A stretch of 64,000 nucleotides of DNA from an uncultured bacterium (GTDB lineage Bacteria; Patescibacteriota; Minisyncoccia; Phycocordibacterales; CAIZLB01): positions 3,559 through 67,558 of the forward strand of contig CAIZVZ010000019.1 in NCBI GenBank assembly GCA_903936565.1, in the 5' to 3' direction. Under the pieces are notes generated by a model. The model did no database searches and was not told the DNA's origin. It worked only from the letters and a program-made list of their open reading frames with translations. Positions 37,737 through 46,269 of this stretch are shown here, piece after piece (positions within the stretch are counted from its first letter, which is position 1; each line of letters starts with the position of its first letter). A program made the position numbers and the translations under genes.

Positions 37737-39533
37737 ATGATTATCGACTCTAATCAGCTTAAAAAACTCGTGATTGATTCTGGGCTTGTTCCAGCGCCAG
37801 ATCTTGATGAAATAGAACAAAAATCGATAAAGGAAAATAGATCACTGGGGGAGACTTTGGTTAATAGTGGAAAAATTTCTGCTGATGACTACAGAAGGAT
37901 GCAGGCCTACATATTGGGAATTCCTTTTATTGATATAAGTAGCCAAAAACTTGAGTTTGCAGTTCTCTCTTTAATTCCGGAGCCTATTGCTAGAAAGCAT
38001 AACATTATTTCATTCAGAAAAAGAGATGATTCTCTTGAGGTTGCGATGCTTGATACTGCTGATCTTTCTGCTATTAACTTCGTTCAGAAGAAAACTGGTC
38101 TAAAAATTCTTCCAAGACTGACAACAACAGAATCGATGAAGTCGGCGTTGATTCAATATCAAAAGAGTTTAAAGGCAGATTTCGGAGACATTATTCAACA
38201 AGAGGTTTCCACCTTGAAGGGTAGGGGTGGTGCCGGGATGGCTCATGCGGCAGGGGAGATGGTGAGTGGCGTTGGAACGGTTGATGATACAAGTGGAGAA
38301 GACCTCAGAAAGTTAGCTGAAGATTTGCCGGTGGTTCGAATTATCGATACTCTTCTTAAGCACGCGATCTTACAGGGTGCATCTGACATTCACATTGAGC
38401 AAATGGAGAATGAGGTCGTTATTCGATATAGAATTGATGGAATGTTACACGATGCCATGGTTTTGCCAAAAAACATTGGTCCAAGTGTTACTGCGAGAAT
38501 AAAGGTGTTGGCAAATCTTAAGTTGGACGAAAAAAGGCTTCCCCAAGACGGGCGTTTCAAGATTGAATCAAATGGAGAAAATGTTTCATTTCGTGTTTCC
38601 GTCTTGCCAACGTACTATGGTGAAAAGACCGTCATGAGACTCCTTAGAGAGAATATGACAGGCTTCACGCTTGAGCACTTAGGTTTTCACGGTAGAAATT
38701 TGGAATTAATTCACGAAGCAACTGGCTATTCTGAGGGTTTAATCCTTACTACTGGACCAACTGGATCTGGAAAGACCACGACCCTCTATACCCTGCTTGA
38801 TATTTTGAATCAACCAGATGTAAACATCTCAACTGTTGAAGACCCTGTTGAGTATCAAATGAATAGGGTCAATCAGACTCAGGTTAAGCCTGATATCGGT
38901 TTAACCTTCGCCTCTGGTTTGCGTTCACTTCTCAGACAAGACCCTGATATTATAATGGTGGGGGAGATTCGTGATAATGAAACGGCATCTCTTGCTATAA
39001 ACGCCTCTCTTACTGGTCACTTGGTGCTTTCCACTCTTCACACAAACTCATCTGCTGGTGCAATTCCCCGTTTGATTGATATGAAGTGTGAGCCGTTCCT
39101 CTTGGTTTCAACCATTAGAATTATTATTGCACAGAGACTTGTCCGTGAGTTAGGTTCGTCAAAGGAGAGATACATTTTAACGAAAGAGCAACTAGAGTCA
39201 CTTAGAAAATACACTGACTTGGATATGGTGTTGAAGTCTCTTAAGGATGAACATGTTGTGGCAGATGACGTAGATTGGTCAAGTATTTATTTTTACAAGC
39301 CTGTACCTGATAAAGAAAGTGAAGATGGATATAAGGGTAGAGTCGGAATTCACGAAGTTTTGAAGGTATCGTCGTCCATTAAGGAAATGATTATGAAGGG
39401 TGTTGCATCCGATCAAATTCAAGAGCAAGCCCGCAAAGAGGGGATGCTTACGATGTTTGAAGATGGAATATTTAAGGCGGTTCAGGGCCACACTTCAATT
39501 GAAGAGATTCTGAGAGTCGCGTCATCGGAATAG
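37737..39533 (+). CDS. pilB: type IV pilus assembly ATPase PilB (GspE family)
   Basis: GSPII_E N-terminal domain, Walker A GPTGSGKTTTLY, and Asp/His boxes (DPDIIMVGEIRD, LVLSTLHTN). Confidence 0.85.
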   Translation: MIIDSNQLKKLVIDSGLVPAPDLDEIEQKSIKENRSLGETLVNSGKISADDYRRMQAYILGIPFIDISSQKLEFAVLSLIPEPIARKHNIISFRKRDDSLEVAMLDTADLSAINFVQKKTGLKILPRLTTTESMKSALIQYQKSLKADFGDIIQQEVSTLKGRGGAGMAHAAGEMVSGVGTVDDTSGEDLRKLAEDLPVVRIIDTLLKHAILQGASDIHIEQMENEVVIRYRIDGMLHDAMVLPKNIGPSVTARIKVLANLKLDEKRLPQDGRFKIESNGENVSFRVSVLPTYYGEKTVMRLLRENMTGFTLEHLGFHGRNLELIHEATGYSEGLILTTGPTGSGKTTTLYTLLDILNQPDVNISTVEDPVEYQMNRVNQTQVKPDIGLTFASGLRSLLRQDPDIIMVGEIRDNETASLAINASLTGHLVLSTLHTNSSAGAIPRLIDMKCEPFLLVSTIRIIIAQRLVRELGSSKERYILTKEQLESLRKYTDLDMVLKSLKDEHVVADDVDWSSIYFYKPVPDKESEDGYKGRVGIHEVLKVSSSIKEMIMKGVASDQIQEQARKEGMLTMFEDGIFKAVQGHTSIEEILRVASSE

Positions 39534-39594
39534 TGAAGTAAGGGTGTCGGTGTGGTGAGGAGATTGAAAAATAGGTAGGGATCAAAATAAAAAC

Positions 39595-40803
39595 ATGAAA
39601 TATTATTTTACAGCAATAAACAAAGATGGAAAAAAGTATAGTGGAGATATTGAAGCTGAAAGCAAGTCTTCATTTTTTAACGAATTTAAAAAGACTGGAG
39701 ATACTCTAGTTTCTGTAAAAGAAAAGAATAAGAGTACTTTTGCAAAAGGAAATATCGTCCTGTTCTCTAAGGTTAAGACTATCGATAAGATAATATTCGC
39801 CAGAAACATGGCTAATATGATTGAGGCTGGATTGCCGCTGTCTCGCGCTCTTGGTGTATCTGAAAGGCAATCTACCAAGCCAAAACTAAAAGAGATTTTT
39901 AAAAAAATAAATGTTTCCATTTCAAGTGGTAAGACGTTTTATGAATCTTTAGCAGAATACCCTAAGATTTTTCCAACGGTATTTATATCTATGGTTAAAT
40001 CAGGTGAGGAGTCTGGTAATCTCGCTCAGTCTCTGAAGGACATCTCAATTCAGATGGAGAAAACATATCTTTTACAAAAAAAGATTAAGGGAGCGATGAT
40101 GTACCCAACAATTATCTTTATGGTGATGATAATTGTGGCGTTCTTGATGATGATTTATGTTGTTCCGAGATTAACTAAGACATTTAAGGATTTAAAAACA
40201 GCCCTACCGTCCAGTACTAAGATAATTATCTTTATCTCTGATTTTCTTGCCCAAAACGCCTTGTTATCTTTGGGTGGATTAATCTTGGTTATTTTTGGTT
40301 TCTTCTATTTCATTAAAACATCTATAGGGAAAAGTATAATGGATTCAGTTGTATTAAAACTCCCAGTAATATCAGGGATTGTCATTGAGAGTAATTCAGC
40401 AAAAACAGCCAGAACAATGTCCTCACTTTTATCTGCCGGAGTTGATATTGTAACTGCGGTAAAGATTACAGGAGAGGTCTTGCAAAATGGATATTACAAG
40501 CGCGCCCTAAAAAGATTGGAGGCTGTGGTTGAGAAGGGAGATTCAATGTCCTCGGTTTTTGAAAAGGAGACTAAGATTTATCCTGCTTTTGTTACAGAAA
40601 TGATTAGTGTTGGTGAGGAGACAGGAAAGCTTTCTAGTATGTTGTTGGGGGTTGCGACTTTTTATGAAAATGAGGTGGATCAAAAAACAAAGGATCTTTC
40701 AACAATAATCGAGCCAGTATTGATGGTGTTTATTGGAGCAGCTGTTGGATTCTTCGCTATTTCAATGATTAGTCCTATGTATTCGGTGATGAATAATATC
40801 TAA
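39595..40803 (+). CDS. pilC: type IV pilus inner-membrane platform protein PilC (GspF family)
   Basis: Two GspF repeats with three TM segments, and a typical length of 402 aa. Confidence 0.8.
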   Translation: MKYYFTAINKDGKKYSGDIEAESKSSFFNEFKKTGDTLVSVKEKNKSTFAKGNIVLFSKVKTIDKIIFARNMANMIEAGLPLSRALGVSERQSTKPKLKEIFKKINVSISSGKTFYESLAEYPKIFPTVFISMVKSGEESGNLAQSLKDISIQMEKTYLLQKKIKGAMMYPTIIFMVMIIVAFLMMIYVVPRLTKTFKDLKTALPSSTKIIIFISDFLAQNALLSLGGLILVIFGFFYFIKTSIGKSIMDSVVLKLPVISGIVIESNSAKTARTMSSLLSAGVDIVTAVKITGEVLQNGYYKRALKRLEAVVEKGDSMSSVFEKETKIYPAFVTEMISVGEETGKLSSMLLGVATFYENEVDQKTKDLSTIIEPVLMVFIGAAVGFFAISMISPMYSVMNNI

Positions 40804-40806
40804 AAT

Positions 40807-41262
40807 ATGAATAAATTAAAAAATAGAGGATTTACTTTGGTAGAAATATTGATAGTTTTATCAATAATGGTGGTGCTGTCGGTCGTTTCCATTAGTACAT
40901 ATTTAAGTTTAAGAGATAAGCAGTCTGTTCAAAAAGATGCTGATTCTATTGTTTCTGTATTACAGAAGGCGCAGGGTATGTCATCAAATAGAAAAAACGA
41001 CTCTTCTTATGGTGTTAAAATTGCTTCTTCAACCATAACCACTTTCTCTGGTTCAAGTTATGCAACAGGCAACGTGTTATCAAAGTATACCTTGGAAAAA
41101 AATGTGAAAATCAGTTCAGTTGACCTGTCTTCTCATGAAACAGAAATTGTCTTCATGAAGATAACTGGAAACCCATTAGCTACGGGAACAATCACCTTGG
41201 GTACATCTGTATACAAAAAAATTGTAACAATTTACGGAACTGGTATAATTGAGTTGAAGTGA
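40807..41262 (+). CDS. type IV (pseudo)pilin with prepilin-type N-terminal cleavage/methylation signal
   Basis: MNKLKNRGFTLVEILIVLSIMVVLS, giving a G|FTLVE class III signal. Confidence 0.7.
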   Translation: MNKLKNRGFTLVEILIVLSIMVVLSVVSISTYLSLRDKQSVQKDADSIVSVLQKAQGMSSNRKNDSSYGVKIASSTITTFSGSSYATGNVLSKYTLEKNVKISSVDLSSHETEIVFMKITGNPLATGTITLGTSVYKKIVTIYGTGIIELK

Positions 41263-41762
41263 TAAATAAAAATTCTAATAATATTTTAAAAAGAGGTTTC
41301 AGCTTGGTCGAGATTTTAATCGGCGCAAGCATAATCAGTCTGTCTTTAATTTTTATTATCAATCTTGAGACGGGGATTAGTAAAATAGGGTTTAATTCTG
41401 TACATAGCGTGCAGGCAGGTATGTTGGTCGAAGAGGGGGCTGCTGCAATTATAAACTTAAGAAATGTGTCTTGGCAAAATATTGTGGCATTAAATAATAA
41501 TGTTCCATATAGATTATTTTGGGATCAAGGTGACGGGCTTTGGAAAACAACTACGTATGCTAATTTAATTGACGGCAGGTTTGATAGAACAGTTACTTTT
41601 TATCCAGTCTACAGAGATGCTAGTACTTTTAATGTTGTTCCAAGTGGGGGTGTCCTTGATTTAGGGACAAGAAAGTTTGTTGTTAATGTTACCTGGAACG
41701 ATAGCAGTGGAACCTCTACGAGGACCGCAACATCTTTTGTCCATAATATATTTAATAAATAG
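41259..41762 (+). CDS. minor pilin / pseudopilin
   Basis: KRGFSLVEILIGASIISLSL prepilin-type N-terminus. Confidence 0.6.
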   Translation: MINKNSNNILKRGFSLVEILIGASIISLSLIFIINLETGISKIGFNSVHSVQAGMLVEEGAAAIINLRNVSWQNIVALNNNVPYRLFWDQGDGLWKTTTYANLIDGRFDRTVTFYPVYRDASTFNVVPSGGVLDLGTRKFVVNVTWNDSSGTSTRTATSFVHNIFNK

Positions 41763-41763
41763 C

Positions 41764-42285
41764 ATGTTTCTACGCACAAAAAAACAAAAAACGAAAGAAG
41801 GGTTTTCTCTGGTAGAAACAGTTATTTATATAGGTTTGATGTCTGTAATTTTGTTCTGTTTGATTAGTTTAATTTCTTCTGCCACAAGAACGTATTTATT
41901 TTTGAAGAGCTCTAGAAACATTGAAAGGAGCGCCATTAATGTGTTTGATAGTTTGAATGACAAAACCAACGTGTCTTCGAAAATTGATATTCCAAACACT
42001 GTCTTTGACAATGCAAGCGGTTCCATTTCATTAATTTTATATAACGGAAATACTTCGATTACAAATAGAATATATTTATCCAACGGACAAGTTCTTTGGA
42101 ATAAGAACGGTGTTCTTTTGGGGCCGCTTACTCTATCTGATGTTAGGGTAACCAGCTTGACCTTTAGAAACATGACCAACTCTACTTTTAACGGTTTTAA
42201 GGTTGAGATGACAATAGATAATGGCACAAGCTCAGAAAAATATATGTCAGAAGATTTTTATGATTCATTCATACTTAGAAACTAA
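41764..42285 (+). CDS. minor pilin / pseudopilin
   Basis: From the internal Met at 41764, MFLRTKKQKTKEGFSLVETVIYIGLMSVIL, a prepilin-type signal. The ORF-track start at 41677 overlaps the previous gene. Confidence 0.55.
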   Translation: MFLRTKKQKTKEGFSLVETVIYIGLMSVILFCLISLISSATRTYLFLKSSRNIERSAINVFDSLNDKTNVSSKIDIPNTVFDNASGSISLILYNGNTSITNRIYLSNGQVLWNKNGVLLGPLTLSDVRVTSLTFRNMTNSTFNGFKVEMTIDNGTSSEKYMSEDFYDSFILRN

Positions 42286-42343
42286 CTAAAACAATATGAT
42301 AATTTTCAATTCTAAATTTAAAAAAGAAAGGAGTGCTTGCGGT

Positions 42344-43468
42344 ATGTTATATGCCAATAGGGAGTCTGGACAAGTGGTGTTGGTCGCTGTTGTTTTAACC
42401 CTCTCTATTTCTGTATTGATTTTATTTGGATTATCGCTTCCTGTTGCTGATCAGGTAAGAAGTGCAGGCGACTATCTGTCTTCAAAACAAACTTTGATAA
42501 ACTCCGAATCTTTAAATGGCGAGGTGTTATATAGATTAAATAATAACAAGACAATGCCGGAGGTTTTGAACATGTCTGTCGTTGGTGATGCTTCATATTC
42601 CATAATTGCACAGTGGGACGCAAATGATAAGTTGGTGACTTCAAACAGTGATTATCGTGGTTTTACAAGAAAAATTCAAGCGATGTTTACCTCAAATAGA
42701 ACTGTTATTTTTGATTTTGGCGTTTGGCTTTCAAATGGAGGGCTTCGAATGGAGAACAGTTCTCATATTGATGGTAATGTTTTTTCTATGGGCAATGTAT
42801 TAAGACTTGGTTCATCATCAATCGGTGGAACACTCTCGACTTCTACAACTCCAGTTAATCAACCCATGTCTGATACTGATATCGATAATTGGAAAGTTCA
42901 GGGAAGTGCTGGAAAAATAGTTAATGGAAATTTGACTATAACCAATAGTACAGCAACAACTACAGCGGGAGCTCTAAAGGTTGTTGGAAATTTAACAATT
43001 ACAAACAGTAGTATTTTGACACTTAATGGTCCTGTCTACATAACTGGCGATTTGGTTCTTGATAACTCAGCGAGAATAAAACTCAGTTCAAGCTATGCTG
43101 AAAAGTCAGAAACAATAGTTGTTAACGGCACTATTAATTTGGGAAACAGCACGTATTTGGGTGGTAGTGGTCAATCGGGAAGTACTATAATATTGGCAAC
43201 TCAAAACACTAATGGTTGTGCTAATACCAGTTGTACTGGGGGGACTCCAGCAATTAAGCTTACTAACTCCGCTGAGGCAAGCGCAATCCTTCTGGCACCT
43301 CATGGTGCTGTCTACCTATCAAACAGCGCTCAAACAAAAAGTGTTTTAGCAAACTATTTGTATATGTCAAACAGTGCACAAGTTGAATATGATCCAAATA
43401 TTGTAAATACAAGCTTCAAATCGAGTACGTCGACATCTTGGAGCATTAGTAGTCTGAAGGAAATATAG
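42344..43468 (+). CDS. large pilus-associated protein (PilX-like N-terminus, repetitive beta-rich C-terminal region); possible tip adhesin
   Basis: MLYANRESGQVVLVAVVLTLSISVLILFGL N-terminus resembles a PilX-like hydrophobic segment lacking the G-F/E cleavage motif. The C-terminal half carries repeats NLTITNSTATTTAGALKVVGNLTITNSSILTLNG suggestive of a beta-helix. Confidence 0.4.
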   Translation: MLYANRESGQVVLVAVVLTLSISVLILFGLSLPVADQVRSAGDYLSSKQTLINSESLNGEVLYRLNNNKTMPEVLNMSVVGDASYSIIAQWDANDKLVTSNSDYRGFTRKIQAMFTSNRTVIFDFGVWLSNGGLRMENSSHIDGNVFSMGNVLRLGSSSIGGTLSTSTTPVNQPMSDTDIDNWKVQGSAGKIVNGNLTITNSTATTTAGALKVVGNLTITNSSILTLNGPVYITGDLVLDNSARIKLSSSYAEKSETIVVNGTINLGNSTYLGGSGQSGSTIILATQNTNGCANTSCTGGTPAIKLTNSAEASAILLAPHGAVYLSNSAQTKSVLANYLYMSNSAQVEYDPNIVNTSFKSSTSTSWSISSLKEI

Positions 43469-43548
43469 TTCGCAGGTAAATTTTAGGAGGATTAGTCTAG
43501 GAAGGTAATGCCTGTTATTTAAGTTAAATTACAACACAAAAAAAGTTT

Positions 43549-43586
43549 AAAATTTGTGACTAGCCACAAATTTTTTTGATATAATT
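43549..43586 (+). promoter_or_regulatory. palindrome AAAATTTGTG-actagc-CACAAATTTT followed by extended -10 (TGATATAAT) 8 nt upstream of tpiA start
   Basis: Read directly from the sequence. The palindrome sits where a -35 element or operator would be expected. Confidence 0.4.
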
Positions 43587-43593
43587 TGAATAT

Positions 43594-44412
43594 ATGAAAC
43601 CAAAAAAGATTTTAGTTATCGGCAATTGGAAGATGACACCAAATACATTAGTAGAAGCAAAAGCAAAAATGGCCGTTATTAAGAGGTTTTCAGACAAAAT
43701 GAGACTAACTGAAACTGTTATTTGTCCACCCTCAACTTTTATCGCCACACTATCTCAAGTGGCCGGTGGAGCAAAAGGAAAGGTTAAAATTGGCGCACAA
43801 GATGTTTCTAAGTTTGAATCTGGGGCTCATACTGGGGAAATCTCTTCAGTAATGTTAAAAAGCTCTGGGGTAACATATGTAATTGTTGGTCATTCAGAGA
43901 GAAGGGCTATGGGGGAAGATCCTGCACTTATCGCTCAAAAGCTTCAAAAGGTTCTAGCGGCTGGAATGACTGGAATTGTTTGTGTAGGTGAAACCGAAAG
44001 AGATAATGACGCTGAGTACCTCTCTGTAATTAAAGCTCAGTTAAAGGAAGTTCTAATTTACACATCTCGTCAGCAATTTGCTAATCTTGTGATTGCATAT
44101 GAACCACTTTGGGCAGTTAATAATTCTCGCAATGTCGCAATAACACCACATGAGATTCATCAGATTGTTATTCTGATTAGAAAGTACTTGAAAGATAATT
44201 GGGGAGAAAGTATTGCAAGTATTGTTAAAATTGTTTATGGAGGTTCTGTTACCCCTGATAATGCACAAGACTTGGTTCATAACGGTGATGTTGATGGATT
44301 GCTTATTGGGCGTGCGAGTTGGCAACCAGAAGATTTGAAGAGTGTTGTTCAGTCTCTAAATGTTGTTAAGAAAAAGCCGAGAATAAAAATAAAGAAAAAG
44401 GGCAAGAAATAA
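43594..44412 (+). CDS. tpiA: triosephosphate isomerase, with Lys-rich C-terminal tail
   Basis: NWKM, VIVGHSERR and AYEPLWAVNN motifs plus YGGSV. It ends in a C-terminal tail VVKKKPRIKIKKKGKK. Confidence 0.85.
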   Translation: MKPKKILVIGNWKMTPNTLVEAKAKMAVIKRFSDKMRLTETVICPPSTFIATLSQVAGGAKGKVKIGAQDVSKFESGAHTGEISSVMLKSSGVTYVIVGHSERRAMGEDPALIAQKLQKVLAAGMTGIVCVGETERDNDAEYLSVIKAQLKEVLIYTSRQQFANLVIAYEPLWAVNNSRNVAITPHEIHQIVILIRKYLKDNWGESIASIVKIVYGGSVTPDNAQDLVHNGDVDGLLIGRASWQPEDLKSVVQSLNVVKKKPRIKIKKKGKK

Positions 44413-44495
44413 TCATAAATCAGATAGTTAAATTAAAAATGCATCTTGTAGGTGGAAGGAAAACAATAATTGATAAATAAAATAATCCATATAAA

Positions 44496-45677
44496 ATGTT
44501 AGAAAATAATTCAAAAATAGTTGGAATAGAGGAATTTGTTAAAGGACAGGAATTAGGAAATCTCGCATCAAAGACTTTTCTGATAAGGGCAGATTTCAAT
44601 GTTCCAATTGAAAATGGGATAGTTGTTGAAGATTTGCGTATGAGATCTGTTTTACCAACTGTGAATCTTTTGCGTGAAGTCGGTGCAAAAATAATTTTAA
44701 TTTCACACATAGAAACAAAGGATGGATCTGGAATGGAGGTTGTGGCTAAACACTTTAATGACAATCTTGGTCTGTCTGTTAAATATGTTGATGAAGTAAT
44801 TGGCGAAGCAGTCAATAGTGCTGTATCAGAGCTCGAAGATGGAGAGGTTTTACTTTTGCAAAATTTACGTGTTAATGAAGGCGAGAAAAATAACGATGAA
44901 AACTTTGCAAAGGAACTTGCGGGACTCGCAGATTTTTATGTAAATGATGCATTTGCCGTTTCTCACAGGAAACACGCGTCTGTAGTTGGAATTCCCAAAT
45001 TCCTTAAGCATTTTGCTGGAATGCAATTAATGAAAGAAATAAAATCTTTAACGGAAGCAATTAATCCACCGCATCCTTTTGTTTTCATTTTAGGTGGTGC
45101 AAAGTTTGATACAAAATTGCCTTTGATTAAAAAGTATTTAGATAAGGCTGATTCTGTGGTCTTGGGTGGAGCATTGGTTAATGATGTATTTAAGGCTCGA
45201 GGGTTTAATGTTGGTAAATCATTGGTCTCTGATGGGGCAACGGATATCAGCGACATTATATCTAATCCAAAGTTAATTATCGTCGACGATGTAATTGTCC
45301 ATGATGCTGACGATGTTGCAAAAGTCACAGTTAAGAAAATATCTGAAGTTGCTGATAATGATGTTGTTGCAGATGCGGGACCTTCTTTTGGCGATGTACT
45401 TAGGTCAATAGTCTCTGATGCTAAGTTTGTTTTATGGAATGGACCCCTTGGTAACTATGAGAGCGGTTTTACTGATCAAACAATTTTGTGCGCCAAGATT
45501 TTAATGGAGTGTGGAGTGCGGGGGGCAATAGGGGGAGGAGATACTGTAGCGGCGGTTAAGTCGTTGGGATTGGATGATTTAGATCAGAAAAGTAACTTGT
45601 TTGTTTCAACTGGAGGAGGTGCAATGATTGATTTTTTGGTGAATGAGACATTGCCGGGGATTGAGGCGTTAGAGTAG
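44496..45677 (+). CDS. pgk: phosphoglycerate kinase
   Basis: LIRADFNVP N-terminal motif and a G-rich nucleotide-binding C-terminal domain, at a typical length of 393 aa. Confidence 0.9.
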   Translation: MLENNSKIVGIEEFVKGQELGNLASKTFLIRADFNVPIENGIVVEDLRMRSVLPTVNLLREVGAKIILISHIETKDGSGMEVVAKHFNDNLGLSVKYVDEVIGEAVNSAVSELEDGEVLLLQNLRVNEGEKNNDENFAKELAGLADFYVNDAFAVSHRKHASVVGIPKFLKHFAGMQLMKEIKSLTEAINPPHPFVFILGGAKFDTKLPLIKKYLDKADSVVLGGALVNDVFKARGFNVGKSLVSDGATDISDIISNPKLIIVDDVIVHDADDVAKVTVKKISEVADNDVVADAGPSFGDVLRSIVSDAKFVLWNGPLGNYESGFTDQTILCAKILMECGVRGAIGGGDTVAAVKSLGLDDLDQKSNLFVSTGGGAMIDFLVNETLPGIEALE

Positions 45678-45733
45678 TTTAATGGTCACAAATTTTGACC
45701 ATAAATGCGGATACGGTAAAATTGGCATATAAA

Positions 45734-45760
45734 CTAGAGGTCACAAGTTGTGACCTCTAG
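45734..45760. terminator. bidirectional terminator between pgk (+) and HIT gene (-): 13-bp perfect stem
   Basis: CTAGAGGTCACAA-g-TTGTGACCTCTAG, followed by TTTATATTTT. Confidence 0.65.
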
Positions 45761-45787
45761 TTTATATTTTGACCAACTATATATTTT

Positions 45788-46255
45788 TTATAATTCCGCC
45801 TTTATTTTATCTTGATATACCTGCATGTCTCCCTCTTTGTATTCTTTGTGAGGCCACTCAACTAATCCGTCTTCGTTTAGTCTGGGAATAATGTGAATAT
45901 GAGCATGGATGTCCACCAATTGCCCTGGCACATTACTATTCATTGATATTGTAATTCCGTCAGCATCCGTTCCGTTTTTAACTGATATGGCCAATTTCTG
46001 AGCGGTGAGCATCATTCGGCAGGCTAATTCTGGAGGTAGGGTATATAGATTTTCTGTATGATCCTTTGGAATAACTAATGTGTGGCCGTAATTTATTGGT
46101 CTTATGTCCAAAATAGCCAAGGTTTCATCATCTTCATACACTTTGAACGCTGGAATATCACCAACTATAATCTTACAAAACACGCAGTCTTCATTATGAT
46201 TGTTATTTGTGTTTTGATTTGTTTGGTCGTTTGTTTTATCAGTCATATTAGTCAT
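45788..46255 (-). CDS. HIT-family (histidine triad) hydrolase
   Basis: CVFCKII...GHTLVIPKDH and the histidine triad HAHIHIIPR. Confidence 0.8.
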   Translation of the reverse strand: MTNMTDKTNDQTNQNTNNNHNEDCVFCKIIVGDIPAFKVYEDDETLAILDIRPINYGHTLVIPKDHTENLYTLPPELACRMMLTAQKLAISVKNGTDADGITISMNSNVPGQLVDIHAHIHIIPRLNEDGLVEWPHKEYKEGDMQVYQDKIKAEL

Positions 46256-46269
46256 TTTATGATAGAATC

